Below, one piece after another: positions 28,248 to 39,389 of a stretch of 64,000 bases of DNA. Every line of letters begins with the position of its first letter. Within the stretch, counting starts at the first letter, position 1. The DNA is from a virus: positions 11,192-75,191 of IMG/VR virus record IMGVR_UViG_3300032080_000002; one strand, given 5' to 3'. The notes beneath the pieces were generated by a model. The model saw only the letters and a list, made by a program, of their open reading frames with translations, was not told the origin of the DNA and made no database searches. Position numbers and translations under genes: made by a program.

Positions 28248-29699
28248 ATGGCTACAATTCCCAAAGGCAATGCAATAGCACTTCAAGCTTTACGACCATC
28301 TGAATTTAAGGTGGCTGATTTTATTGATGACAAAATTACCAACTATATAAAAGATGGCAGAGCTGCCGAAGCTGCAAGAATAAAAAGACTTCAAGACGAA
28401 GGTAAACAATTGATGGATATCAATAAGGATATAAAAGTTGACGCAATCAATACCATTCCAAACCTGCAGAATGAAGCTAATAAACTAGTGAAAGAAGCCA
28501 TGGAGGATAAGGCTTATGCCGGAAGAATTGCAAACAATTATAACCTAACATACGCCGAGAGGGCAGAAGCAAACAGAAAGGCACAAGCTAAAGCTGATAA
28601 TGTAGTTCTACTAAGTAAACATTTGTCTGATCCAAACTTTATTAAATCTTACAACGAAAAATTATCAACTGACCCCGCAACAATATTTGAAGGTGATGAT
28701 ACACTTCAATTTATCAATGCCTTAAAAAATGCGGAGATAAAAATGAAATTTGATGCTAATGGAAACCCTTTAGTAGCATATCCAAATCAGAATCAAAAAC
28801 CCGATGATCCTGTAGAATGGAAAGATTTTTCAGATTTAGCAATGAGATTAGGACAAGGATTTGAAAAAGATTTATCCGGAGATATTGAAGATCTTGCCAA
28901 GCAACAAGCTTCTAATATGTATTCAAAATTTGAGGAAAACAAATCAGGTAATGTTAAAATATCTGGAACAAAGTTTTTGAAGGATGAAGCTAGCACCAGT
29001 TTCGATGCAACATTCGGTGGATATGATATAAATAATAAAGATCCATACCTAAAACAATTCTCTTATGAGGTACTAGGTAAGAAGTTTATCAGTAATGAAG
29101 AAGACTACAAAAAAGTAAAAGATGCTTGGGTTAATAAATTAGAATCTTACACACCAAAAGAAAGTTCGTATATTGTTCAAAAGTCTGCTGCAGAATTAGA
29201 ATTAGAAAGATTAAGGATCGAACAAGCCAAAAAAGATTTAAGAACAAATCCTTCATCAGCAGCAACACCGCAAAGTAAAGTAAGTATTACTCAAGCCGGT
29301 GGAATTATGCAAATAGACGGTACAGGAAAAGGAAGATTAGTTGAAGGTGGAACACTTTTCAATTTAAATAATAAAGAGTATATTGCAGGATATAAAGTGC
29401 CAAATTCAAACAATAAAGGATTCCATACCGAGTACGCAATTGTTGGTCGTGACGAACAAGGAAGAATGGCTTTTAAGGAAAAAACAACAAGAGGCGATAT
29501 CGCGGTAAGGTTAGCAGGGTATAATATTGATCCTATAATGGTTGAAAACGCAATCTTATCAGGAACAGCATCTAAAAACAATGCTTGGAAGCCTACAACT
29601 TCTAAAAACTTAAAATCATTTAATCAAGCAAGAACTACAGACGAAGAAGATGAATCTGTAGGATTAGTCGGAATAGTAAGAAGAACACCTACAAATTAA
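28248..29699 (+). CDS. Putative internal virion/ejection protein
   Basis: 483 aa, helical, between pilot and giant protein. Confidence 0.55.
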   Translation: MATIPKGNAIALQALRPSEFKVADFIDDKITNYIKDGRAAEAARIKRLQDEGKQLMDINKDIKVDAINTIPNLQNEANKLVKEAMEDKAYAGRIANNYNLTYAERAEANRKAQAKADNVVLLSKHLSDPNFIKSYNEKLSTDPATIFEGDDTLQFINALKNAEIKMKFDANGNPLVAYPNQNQKPDDPVEWKDFSDLAMRLGQGFEKDLSGDIEDLAKQQASNMYSKFEENKSGNVKISGTKFLKDEASTSFDATFGGYDINNKDPYLKQFSYEVLGKKFISNEEDYKKVKDAWVNKLESYTPKESSYIVQKSAAELELERLRIEQAKKDLRTNPSSAATPQSKVSITQAGGIMQIDGTGKGRLVEGGTLFNLNNKEYIAGYKVPNSNNKGFHTEYAIVGRDEQGRMAFKEKTTRGDIAVRLAGYNIDPIMVENAILSGTASKNNAWKPTTSKNLKSFNQARTTDEEDESVGLVGIVRRTPTN

Positions 29700-29707
29700 A
29701 AATTAAA

Positions 29708-32700
29708 ATGAATCAAGAATTAATTCCATTATTCAACCAATATAAATCAGTTAATCCAGCTGTTACTGAGGAAATGTTTACTGAAACATATAATAATTTT
29801 GGTGAATCATACATTATTACAATCCAAGAGGAAATAAAAAAAAAAGTAGAGCCGTCAGATTCAGAACAGCCAATAATCCCCGACGTCGTAACCGAACAAT
29901 TATCAGGTCAACCAACAAACCAGGTGGATCAGAGATTCGAACAAGCAACGACTCAACCAATTCTACCAAAAGAAAATTCTACGGAATCGGTTTCTATTTC
30001 GGCAGCACCTTTATTGGGATCGGATTCTACATCACCACTTGACATACCTGTTAATTTAGAGCAAACTAGCGAACCTGTATTAAAACCAATTCAGGTTGCT
30101 CCTGTTTTTCCAGGAAGTACACAGCCAAATAATAATTTAGATTTATTAGCAGGCAAAGATAATACGACAACTGAAACTTCACCATCGGTATTTAAGCCAA
30201 TGACTGAGGAAGAAACATCTTTGGAATCTGAGGCACAAACAGCGAAAGAGGCTGAAACAAATATATTCTTAAAACAATTCTCCGATAAAGATTATTTAAA
30301 CTCTAAAATACCTCCTGTTGAAAAAGGTATTGAATATACAGCATGGGTTACTTCTCCTGAAGAAGTTCAAAAAAGTAATGATAATTTATCTGCATTAGAG
30401 AAAAAAGGCGATGTAGTAATCAACGGTATTGATGAAAAAACAGGAAATTTTAAATATGAAATATTAAGTGACTCTTATGAACAAGATTTTAATCAATACA
30501 TTACTAATCTAAATTCTGCAGCCGGAGAAGAAAATGTTGATAGAGCAAGATTTAATCAAGGCAATATTGGCAATACACCACAAGCTTCCGAAAGTGTTGA
30601 TTACCTAAATGAACTTCAAAAAGAATATGGAGTTTTATTTACCGAAGAGCAAGTTCAACAATTAGGAACTCCGGAAACAAGAAGACAATTAGAAATTAAC
30701 CTTGAAACAGAAAAGAGATTAAAAGAAAATCCTGATCTTGATTACAATATTGTTTTACAACAAGTAACATCCGAAAAACAAGGCTTATCTGAACAGCAAA
30801 AACTAGCAGTTGGAAACAGTTATGTTCGCGACATGTTCACAGGAACACCTGACAACTTTAGAGAAGACGAAAAAGACGAGTATAGATTCTACCAACAGTA
30901 TTTCAACAGTCCTGAAAATATCGCTGAATTTGGTGACTTCATGCATGATACAGGCAAGGCAATGTTTGATAGTTCTTGGATCAAAAGCAACCAAACTAAG
31001 AAAGAGCAAATCCGTAGAAAGGAAATGTTTGAAACATTCCTAAATTGGAAAGGAAGAAATGATAGATTGGATTTAGAAATTAACCAACGTGCATTTGAAG
31101 ATTCAGAAGCTAAAGCAAAAAAATATAGAGTAGATAATAACATAGAAGCTTATCAGTCTGAGGTTGAAAACATGAATGGATATTTATCAAATTACAATTC
31201 AGTCAATGATAAATTACAAGTAAGAAATCAAGAATACCAATCTATTCAAAATAATTTTTCTAAAGCTTTAAAGACTCAAAAAGAAAGAGACGAGTTTCAA
31301 TTAAGAGTACAGAATGGAGAGACTTCTGCTAATGTTCAAAATGTATTAGGAAATGTTTTGCTTGGTGCAGAAACATCTGTACAAAATGCAGTAACCGGAA
31401 TATTAAGAATTGCATCAGTTCCTTTAGGTGAAGGCAATGTTAGTGATGCCATAGATATTCTATCAGAACCTATCTCAGTTGGAAATGTTAACATAGCAAG
31501 AATTTCTGATAAAGTCGTAAACTACAAGCAAGGAAATAAATCTTTCAAAGAAGTAAACGGAACACTATATGGAATAAATAATGACGGAACATTATCCAGA
31601 GCAAATAATACTTCAATCAATGATTTACAAAAAGTAAGCGAAGAATCTGAATATAATGTTTCGGGATTAGCATTTGTTACATCAAAAATGTTAGCTGATA
31701 TTTTAATTACCCAAAGAGTAGGAGGCGCGATTTCCGGAACAACATCAAGATTATCTACAGCCTTAGCAAATTCAAAAAGAATAGCGTCAGTTTTTGGTGA
31801 AGAAAGCCAACTCGCAAAACTAGCTTCTAGTTACGCGAGAATATCAAATTCACCATCAAGCGCAATGGTTAATGGATGGACTGTTCAAATGTATAATGAT
31901 AATTACATGGCAGCGAAACAAGGTGGTATTCAATCTGATCTGAATGCCCATTTATATGCAGCAACAACATCTTATGCATTAGCATTAATCCAAAAGATTA
32001 ATCCGGACACAAACTTCCTTAAAACAATTAATACAGAACAAAAAGCCATCGTATCTGCTTTAATGGAAAACAATACTCAAAAGGCATTATTGGCAATTGA
32101 ATCATTTTCTAAAAAAGCACTTACAAATACTTCCAAAGAATTAGTAGAAGAAAATATTCAGCAGTTAACACAAGACTTTATAAACCTTACAATAAACACT
32201 GCTAAAAATAAAAACTTGCAGGTTTCAGATGTTCAAGGCTACAAAGATACATTCGTAGGTACAATCGTTCCTTCAATCATCGCTTCAGGATTAGGAGGGA
32301 GAGTAAATTCTGCAGAAGTAGGGGGAAGAAAATTAGATATTACAAATCTTACCAGAAATGAATTGGTAACAGAATTAGCGAGAACACAAGAAGGAATTTC
32401 TTTATTAGAAGACTTTAGAGATAATTCATTTTTCACTTCACAAGAAAATGAAGCTAATAAAATTATTGATGAAGTAAAATTAAGACAGAAATATATCAAT
32501 AAAATACCTGATGCTGAAAAATATTCAACTCAGACTATCAATGAAGTAATTCCTTTATTGCAGGAAATCGATAATAAAAAGCAAAAACAAAGTACAGCCG
32601 AAGATACTTTCAAGGAAAGGATTCAGCAAGAAGTACAAACCATTTCAACTGAAGTAAATTCACTATTAGATAACGATCAAAATAATGAACAAACAACACA

Positions 32701-35700
32701 ACCCTCACAGGAATCAGAAACAGTTCAAGAGCAAGCCTCAATTATCGAAAGTCAACCCGAACAAATTACGACACCAACCGTTGCCGAAAGCAGCATAAAT
32801 ACAACAGAAAATGCGAGCCAAGAAAACAATCAGAACATCACCGAACAAACCGTTACAGAAACACCTATTCAATTTGGGAATCAGACCAATGACACCATTG
32901 AGAACATTCAGCCAACCCAAAGTCAAGCCAATCAAACTGCCCAAACTGTTCAGATAGATGAAACGGTTTTTAATGATGATAATGAAAATATAACAGAAGA
33001 AAAACTAGACAAGTCTGGGAATGAATTATCTTCTGCAGTTTCCTTATTTGAATCTTTCAACGCTCCAAGCCAAGAATCAGTTTCAACAGAAATCCAAACC
33101 GTAACACCTACTCAAAATTCAAGAGTAAGTACCAATGGTAAATATAATGTAGTTGAAAGAACCTCAGACAACGGAAGTACATCTTTTGAGCTATTAGACA
33201 TTAATGATAATCCTGTAAAGCTTACAAATAAACAAAAGGATGTTTATGTAGCAGAATACATCAATTCAAAAGAGTATCCGGAAACTGAAATTGATTTAGT
33301 TGAAGGAATGCAACCTGATGAAGTTGTAAAAGAAACAATTGATAAAACTCAAAATCCAAAAGAATTAGCACAGGTAATTGTCTCTACTCCACAGTTTGAT
33401 TCACAAGCTGTCGTTGGTTCAAAAGATTGGGCAATCGCACAAGTAATCGGTGGAAATAATGTAAGCAGACAAAGCTTTATTGAAAATGATGATGCCAATA
33501 ATATTACAAACGCAATTGGCAGAACTTATTTTGGTAAAAACAAATCAGGGAAATCCTTAGACAATATCGCTCAGGAAGCTTCGGAACAACTTACCGGTGA
33601 TTATAGCGGTGAATCAGTTACTCCACAAGATATTGTTTATTTCATTAAAGCATATCCAAATGATCCTTCAAAAGCAGAAAGACCAAACAATCCTTTATAC
33701 GACGAAGCGGTTGCAAAATTCATTTCCTTAACCGGTCAGAATCCTACCAAGAATCTTTTAGATAAATTAATCCCTGCACAAAGTATTGAGGCTACAAGAT
33801 TAAATTTACAATCGGCAGAATCAGAATACAATAATTTAACGGCAGAGCAACAAAACGCATTAAGCCAAGAATATGATAATTGGTTTAGTGGATTATCAAA
33901 CGAACAAAAAACAGAAGAATTAAATAAAACATACCCAGACTATGAGCAAAGCAACGGACAAAATAATATCGAATCTCCAAACCAATCCACACCTAACGGA
34001 TCAGGAGAAAGCAATCAGAATGCTAGCAATGAACAAACAGCAGAAGCCCAACGTCAACAAGGAAACCAAGATGTAAATACTATTTCTGAATCAGATTTTA
34101 ACTCATTAATCGAACAGCTTAAAAAGCCATTTAAAAACGCTTTTAACAATCTAAACGTTACAACAAATTTAGAGGAAGCTACTCAGCGAGCAAATGAATT
34201 AGGAGAAAATACTACTGATTTAGAATTAAATGCAAATGGAAATATTTATGGATTTAAATTATCGGATGGTACAATTTATATCAATCCGAATAATTTAAAC
34301 GCTAATACTCCAATTCACGAATTCTCTCACCTTTGGGAGCAATTGATGCCCAATGCATGGAAAACAGGATTAGCTACTTTTAAAGAAACGGCTACAGGAA
34401 AAAGAATATTCAACCAATTAAAATCAGAAGGTAATTATTCAAATTTAACTGATGATCAGATTTGGAGCGAAGCACTGAATACGCATATTGGTAATTACGG
34501 TGAATGGAGAAACAATAATCCTAAAGGTAAAATGAAAGAATTTGCAGATTGGATTAAAAGAACATTTGCGAAAATTGGAAATTACTTTGGAATAAAAACT
34601 ACTCCGGAAACTAATTTAAGAAACTTTACCGAAGGAGTCCTTGGAGATTTATTAGGAGAAAGAGAAATTAACGCAGAGGTAAGTATTCAAAATGCTATTT
34701 CAACAAATAATGAAACTAAAAGAATAAAAGAGGAATCAATTCAAAACGGAACATTTTTAAATGCTCCAAATGGAAATAAAAGCAAGCTTAATGAAGACCA
34801 ATGGCTTTCAGTTAGAACAAAAAACTTTAAAAACTGGTTTGGCGATTGGGAAAATAATCCAAATGAATCTTCTAAATTATTAGATGAAAACGGAGAACCT
34901 AAAGTTTATTATCATGGTAGCCCAACTTTATTTGATAGTTTTTCTGATAGAACTGATCTATATTTTACAGATGACATACAATATGCTGAAAAATTTTCAA
35001 ACTATGACAATAGAAATAAAATCCAAAAAGCTATTGGAGGCAAGGCTACACCAAAAGTATATGAAGTATTTATTAATGCTAGAGAATTAAATAGAGATTA
35101 TAGATTTGAAAATAGTTTTGGTGAAACAATTATTTTACAAAATCCAAATCAAATAAAATCTGCGATTGATAATGTTGGAACTTATTCAAATGGTGATAAT
35201 AGAATACAATTCTCAAAAGGAAATCTTGATAAAAACGTTATTCCAAAAAATACATTTGCCAAAGTTGTAAACGCTACAAGTTCACAAGGTAAGCAAGCAG
35301 GATTTGATGAATTAACAAATTCATCATGGTTTAATAATCTACGAGATTCAGCAAAAGAAGGAATTACCGTTGATAATTTCCATAATTTAATGTTGGATCA
35401 GGCAAAATTAATTCAAGATAATGACGCTGTAAGAAGAGAAAATATCAGAAAGCAAGCATCTGAAAAAACTAAAGAGAAAGTTGCCAAAGTAAAACAGGAT
35501 GCAAAAGAAAAGATTGCTGATATAATCGACAAGTACAAAAAGAAAATTGCAGACATAAAAGCCGACGCTAAAAAATCTGCAAGGGATAAATCATTAGAAC
35601 AAAAGCGTGCATTAAGAACTGCGGTAAAAGATATTAAATCACATTTAGCGAGTAACTTATATATTGGAAGGATTACACCAACTGAAACTAATAGACTAAT

Positions 35701-38700
35701 CAGAAAAGCTTCTGAGATAGGAACTCGTAAAGATATTTCAGCAGCAGTGAATGAGTTTACAAAACTATACGACGATATCAGAGCAAAAGCCGAAAGCCGA
35801 TTGAAGCAAAAGGAATTTACTCTTGATGAATATAATGAATTGAAACCCATTATTGAAGAAGCTATTGATAATAATAAATCATTAGCAGATATTTATAATG
35901 CAATCAGATCACTAGCGTTATCAAATAAAAGAGCAGGAGTTTTAAACGAAATGTACGAAACACAGATTCAGAATATTTATAATGAAATAAACAACGAAAG
36001 ACTAACTCCCGAAGAAGCTTACGCACAGATGAAAGCTAAACAAAATGAAGCTTTAGAATCTATACAGGATAAAAGGACTCGTCAACAGAAAATTAAATCT
36101 GCAGTCAGAAGCTTTATTAAATACGTTTCTGACAGACAATATTTACCGAAGAAATTACTTCAAGAAATTGGAGCAAATAATACGGTAAATAGAATGATTA
36201 CAATGGCGGGATCATCATCAAGAGCAAGCGAAATATATTCTCAATTAGATAAAAAAATATTCAAAGGATTAAAACTAGAAGATAAAACCGAACTAAATGC
36301 AATGATCATTGCAAAACGTATTCTATCTATTGAGAAAAACAGATTAGATCGCGGGCTTCCACCAATCAAACATCCTTATGCTAATCCTATAAAGGCATTA
36401 GAAGAAATGAAATCTAAATTAGGTGATGCAAAATATTCTGATTTAGAAAATAGAGCAACCGAATATTTCAAGGCATTTAAAAACATCCTTGGAGATATGC
36501 GTGATAATGGATTAATCAGTCAGGATTCATACGATAACATGCTTGATATTGATTATCAGCCAAGAATATTCATTGATAGACTTTTAAATGCCGAAGGAAA
36601 TCTTGATGAAGATGGAAATTTCCAAAACTTTAGCGGACAAAATGGAGGATTGAAATCTGAAATAATTAAAAGCTTAGATGGAGGTAGCGACAGCGCAATC
36701 ATCGATAATGCAGAATGGTTATTGAAAACAGCTTTATCAAGTAGATATAAAGCTATGGCAATGAATGAAATCAATCGTAGATTTATGACTGATGAATTTT
36801 GGAAAGCAAAAGACAGATTCGACAACATAGATCCTCAAAACTTTGCCAATAAAGCCGATCAGAAGTTCTATGAATATTTCAAAGAGCTACAACCAAAAAT
36901 AAAAGATAATCCAATTATAGGAATTACCGAAGCAGGCAATCCTAAATATCAATATGATTCTACACCACAAGGATTTAAAAAAGCTTATTACTATGTTGAT
37001 GGTGTAAGAAATGAATTCTTTTTAGCTGAGGATTTTCATCAGGAATGGCACGATGTAAAAGAAGGATTGATATTCGATCCCCAAGCGAAAGGACTTATCA
37101 ATAAATGGTCAGGAGCAGGATTGATTAAAGCAATGGCAACCGGTTACAACCCAACATTTGCATTTACGAATACGCCACGAGATTTCATGCAGACCTTAGT
37201 ATTTTCTCCGGAGTATAGTAACAATCTTTTAATGGGAACATTCCAATTAGGATATGACCAAGTAAAATCTATTACAAGAATGTTTAAATCTGATTTCCAA
37301 GGAAAAGAAGATGCTATATTCCAAAAATATATTGAATACGGTGGAGGAATGGATTTCTTACACGTACAAGGATTATTAGATAACGAACAGAAAACAAGTA
37401 AGGCAATTCAAAAAGTTTTAGATAGCAACATTTTCCAGGTAGCTACATTAATGAAGCTTTCTAAGTGGAGTGAAATGATGACTAGAATGGCTATTTTTGA
37501 AAGGTCAATTCAAAATCAATTAAAAGATTTAGGAGTAAAATCATTAGATGATATTTCTACTGAAAATCAAAAAGATGATATTTATTATCAAGCTGTAGCT
37601 TCCGCAAGAAGTATTATGGATTTCAACCAAGGTGGTAAGCTTACTAAAGATTTAGATGCGGTTATGCCTTATTTAAATGCTGCGACACAAGGTACAAGAG
37701 TTGCGGTTGACGCTTTCAGACGTGATCCATTAAATACTTCTATAAGAATGTTTCAAGCCGGTGGATTAATGGCAGCAACATCAATTGGAGTTTCTTATGC
37801 ATTATTGGCTATGGCAAGGCAAATAGGCGACGATGATGAAGACGATAAAAAATCTATCAATGAAATAATTCTAAATGCTTATGATGGATTAAGCCAATAC
37901 CAGAGAGCAAATTATATAAATATTGTATTACCTTCCAAAAATGATAAAGGTGAAAGACACGTATTTAAAATTGCTAAGACTCAATTTGTAGCACCATTAT
38001 CTTACTTAATGGAAGAAGGATTGTTGGGAGTAATGCGTAAAATTGAAGGTAAGCCTGAGAAAGATTTCACAAAAGTCATGAAGGAAACAGGATGGGTAGC
38101 TAATAAAAATATGACACCAATTGAATTTGCAAAGCCACAAAACTTTATTACTTCGGTAGCGACAAAGAACCCATTAATGAAAGCTTCATTAACTTATGTC
38201 ACCGGTTATGATTTCTTCAAAGATGAAGTAGTAACATTCGATATTAAGAAAAGTAATTTTCCTAGAGAACTTGAAGGATATAAAGATGACAATGTAGAAG
38301 ATTTCTACAAAGGAATTGGAGAACTTACAGGCGGATCGCCGGCGAGAACGAAAGCATTCGTAGAAAGCATTGTAACTACTCCGGAAACCAACCCATTTGT
38401 AACAATGATGTATGGTGGAGCAGATTTGACTAATGCAGTAATTCAAGGGAATTCAAAAACAGAAGTAGCTCAGGAAGTAAAAGAAAATATAGCAAAAGTA
38501 TTTACAAAAAGACTTATTGGTCAGGCAAGTGATTTCAATAGAATGAGACGTGAGCGTGAAGAGGTTGAAAAAGAAGTAAATAAAGCAATTCTAATTGATG
38601 AAAAAATTAAAATTGAAACTGATATTCTAGCTAAGAAATATGCAGCAGGAACAATAAACGATCAGGATATTGCTAATAAATTCAATGAAATGAAAGTTCA

Positions 38701-38950
38701 ATATTTAGAGAAAGCTTATAAAAGATTGAACGATAAAATTTCAGGCAAGGCTTCCGATACTAGAATTTATGACATTAAATATTCAACCTCAAATTCTAAT
38801 GTAGCCAAAGCAATTTTGATTAAGCAATATTTTCCTGAAGTTTATGAAAATTCTATTGAAGGTGATGCGATAAGAACTGAATTAAAACAGTTTAAAATAT
38901 TTTCAAAAGACGTTCAGCAAGAACTAGTCAATATTGCAGAAAATGAATAA
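29708..38950 (+). CDS. Large polyvalent ejection protein: metallopeptidase (HExxH), ART-like and LPD38-like regions
   Basis: 3080 aa; HEFSH at 34316-34330; FKNWFGDW...YYHGS...LYFT...Y ART-like segment ~34790-35220; C-terminal DRQY-P...TGYNP-F...NA-TQG helical region. Confidence 0.75.
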   Translation: MNQELIPLFNQYKSVNPAVTEEMFTETYNNFGESYIITIQEEIKKKVEPSDSEQPIIPDVVTEQLSGQPTNQVDQRFEQATTQPILPKENSTESVSISAAPLLGSDSTSPLDIPVNLEQTSEPVLKPIQVAPVFPGSTQPNNNLDLLAGKDNTTTETSPSVFKPMTEEETSLESEAQTAKEAETNIFLKQFSDKDYLNSKIPPVEKGIEYTAWVTSPEEVQKSNDNLSALEKKGDVVINGIDEKTGNFKYEILSDSYEQDFNQYITNLNSAAGEENVDRARFNQGNIGNTPQASESVDYLNELQKEYGVLFTEEQVQQLGTPETRRQLEINLETEKRLKENPDLDYNIVLQQVTSEKQGLSEQQKLAVGNSYVRDMFTGTPDNFREDEKDEYRFYQQYFNSPENIAEFGDFMHDTGKAMFDSSWIKSNQTKKEQIRRKEMFETFLNWKGRNDRLDLEINQRAFEDSEAKAKKYRVDNNIEAYQSEVENMNGYLSNYNSVNDKLQVRNQEYQSIQNNFSKALKTQKERDEFQLRVQNGETSANVQNVLGNVLLGAETSVQNAVTGILRIASVPLGEGNVSDAIDILSEPISVGNVNIARISDKVVNYKQGNKSFKEVNGTLYGINNDGTLSRANNTSINDLQKVSEESEYNVSGLAFVTSKMLADILITQRVGGAISGTTSRLSTALANSKRIASVFGEESQLAKLASSYARISNSPSSAMVNGWTVQMYNDNYMAAKQGGIQSDLNAHLYAATTSYALALIQKINPDTNFLKTINTEQKAIVSALMENNTQKALLAIESFSKKALTNTSKELVEENIQQLTQDFINLTINTAKNKNLQVSDVQGYKDTFVGTIVPSIIASGLGGRVNSAEVGGRKLDITNLTRNELVTELARTQEGISLLEDFRDNSFFTSQENEANKIIDEVKLRQKYINKIPDAEKYSTQTINEVIPLLQEIDNKKQKQSTAEDTFKERIQQEVQTISTEVNSLLDNDQNNEQTTQPSQESETVQEQASIIESQPEQITTPTVAESSINTTENASQENNQNITEQTVTETPIQFGNQTNDTIENIQPTQSQANQTAQTVQIDETVFNDDNENITEEKLDKSGNELSSAVSLFESFNAPSQESVSTEIQTVTPTQNSRVSTNGKYNVVERTSDNGSTSFELLDINDNPVKLTNKQKDVYVAEYINSKEYPETEIDLVEGMQPDEVVKETIDKTQNPKELAQVIVSTPQFDSQAVVGSKDWAIAQVIGGNNVSRQSFIENDDANNITNAIGRTYFGKNKSGKSLDNIAQEASEQLTGDYSGESVTPQDIVYFIKAYPNDPSKAERPNNPLYDEAVAKFISLTGQNPTKNLLDKLIPAQSIEATRLNLQSAESEYNNLTAEQQNALSQEYDNWFSGLSNEQKTEELNKTYPDYEQSNGQNNIESPNQSTPNGSGESNQNASNEQTAEAQRQQGNQDVNTISESDFNSLIEQLKKPFKNAFNNLNVTTNLEEATQRANELGENTTDLELNANGNIYGFKLSDGTIYINPNNLNANTPIHEFSHLWEQLMPNAWKTGLATFKETATGKRIFNQLKSEGNYSNLTDDQIWSEALNTHIGNYGEWRNNNPKGKMKEFADWIKRTFAKIGNYFGIKTTPETNLRNFTEGVLGDLLGEREINAEVSIQNAISTNNETKRIKEESIQNGTFLNAPNGNKSKLNEDQWLSVRTKNFKNWFGDWENNPNESSKLLDENGEPKVYYHGSPTLFDSFSDRTDLYFTDDIQYAEKFSNYDNRNKIQKAIGGKATPKVYEVFINARELNRDYRFENSFGETIILQNPNQIKSAIDNVGTYSNGDNRIQFSKGNLDKNVIPKNTFAKVVNATSSQGKQAGFDELTNSSWFNNLRDSAKEGITVDNFHNLMLDQAKLIQDNDAVRRENIRKQASEKTKEKVAKVKQDAKEKIADIIDKYKKKIADIKADAKKSARDKSLEQKRALRTAVKDIKSHLASNLYIGRITPTETNRLIRKASEIGTRKDISAAVNEFTKLYDDIRAKAESRLKQKEFTLDEYNELKPIIEEAIDNNKSLADIYNAIRSLALSNKRAGVLNEMYETQIQNIYNEINNERLTPEEAYAQMKAKQNEALESIQDKRTRQQKIKSAVRSFIKYVSDRQYLPKKLLQEIGANNTVNRMITMAGSSSRASEIYSQLDKKIFKGLKLEDKTELNAMIIAKRILSIEKNRLDRGLPPIKHPYANPIKALEEMKSKLGDAKYSDLENRATEYFKAFKNILGDMRDNGLISQDSYDNMLDIDYQPRIFIDRLLNAEGNLDEDGNFQNFSGQNGGLKSEIIKSLDGGSDSAIIDNAEWLLKTALSSRYKAMAMNEINRRFMTDEFWKAKDRFDNIDPQNFANKADQKFYEYFKELQPKIKDNPIIGITEAGNPKYQYDSTPQGFKKAYYYVDGVRNEFFLAEDFHQEWHDVKEGLIFDPQAKGLINKWSGAGLIKAMATGYNPTFAFTNTPRDFMQTLVFSPEYSNNLLMGTFQLGYDQVKSITRMFKSDFQGKEDAIFQKYIEYGGGMDFLHVQGLLDNEQKTSKAIQKVLDSNIFQVATLMKLSKWSEMMTRMAIFERSIQNQLKDLGVKSLDDISTENQKDDIYYQAVASARSIMDFNQGGKLTKDLDAVMPYLNAATQGTRVAVDAFRRDPLNTSIRMFQAGGLMAATSIGVSYALLAMARQIGDDDEDDKKSINEIILNAYDGLSQYQRANYINIVLPSKNDKGERHVFKIAKTQFVAPLSYLMEEGLLGVMRKIEGKPEKDFTKVMKETGWVANKNMTPIEFAKPQNFITSVATKNPLMKASLTYVTGYDFFKDEVVTFDIKKSNFPRELEGYKDDNVEDFYKGIGELTGGSPARTKAFVESIVTTPETNPFVTMMYGGADLTNAVIQGNSKTEVAQEVKENIAKVFTKRLIGQASDFNRMRREREEVEKEVNKAILIDEKIKIETDILAKKYAAGTINDQDIANKFNEMKVQYLEKAYKRLNDKISGKASDTRIYDIKYSTSNSNVAKAILIKQYFPEVYENSIEGDAIRTELKQFKIFSKDVQQELVNIAENE

Positions 38951-38957
38951 TAAGAAA

Positions 38958-38986
38958 ATCCCCGCTTTAATCAGTGGGGATATTTT
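38958..38986. terminator. Bidirectional terminator
   Basis: ATCCCCGCT...AGTGGGGAT with A and T flanks. Confidence 0.7.
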
Positions 38987-39389
38987 TTAATCTTTCTAAA
39001 TTATGAATCATCTTCAATCTATTTTCGTAGCTTCCATTGAAAGTGTATTTCAAAGTTTTCTCACGGAGCTCAATCATGGATTCTATTGTCTGACATTTAA
39101 ATCCATTAACCATAATAAACTTTGGCTTTACAACATCAATAAAAATATCTATCAACACACTCTTTAAAGGAATCAAAGCACGGTCTCCGGAAAGCCCATA
39201 GAATGAGTTATCAAAACTAGTGTGTACGTAACCAAATTCTTTTAAAGGATTAATATTTGTGATTGAAATATCAATATCATTTAATTCATTTTTATAACCT
39301 TGAATGTATTCAGATGCGCCACCAACAAATATTACGTCATCAATTTCAGATAGCTTTTTTAAAGCCTCTTTTTTTGAAATATTAAGCAT
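38967..39389 (-). CDS. Pol beta-superfamily nucleotidyltransferase (start MLNISKK)
   Basis: FVGGAS-x10-DIDISI plus downstream IDIF third acidic residue. Confidence 0.65.
   Translation of the reverse strand: MLNISKKEALKKLSEIDDVIFVGGASEYIQGYKNELNDIDISITNINPLKEFGYVHTSFDNSFYGLSGDRALIPLKSVLIDIFIDVVKPKFIMVNGFKCQTIESMIELREKTLKYTFNGSYENRLKMIHNLERLKNIPTD

Noticed and set aside
37820-37850. DDDEDD in the giant protein as an RNA polymerase DxDxD motif
   Set aside because: Acidic low-complexity loop between helices; lacks the G-x-DFD-x-D context.
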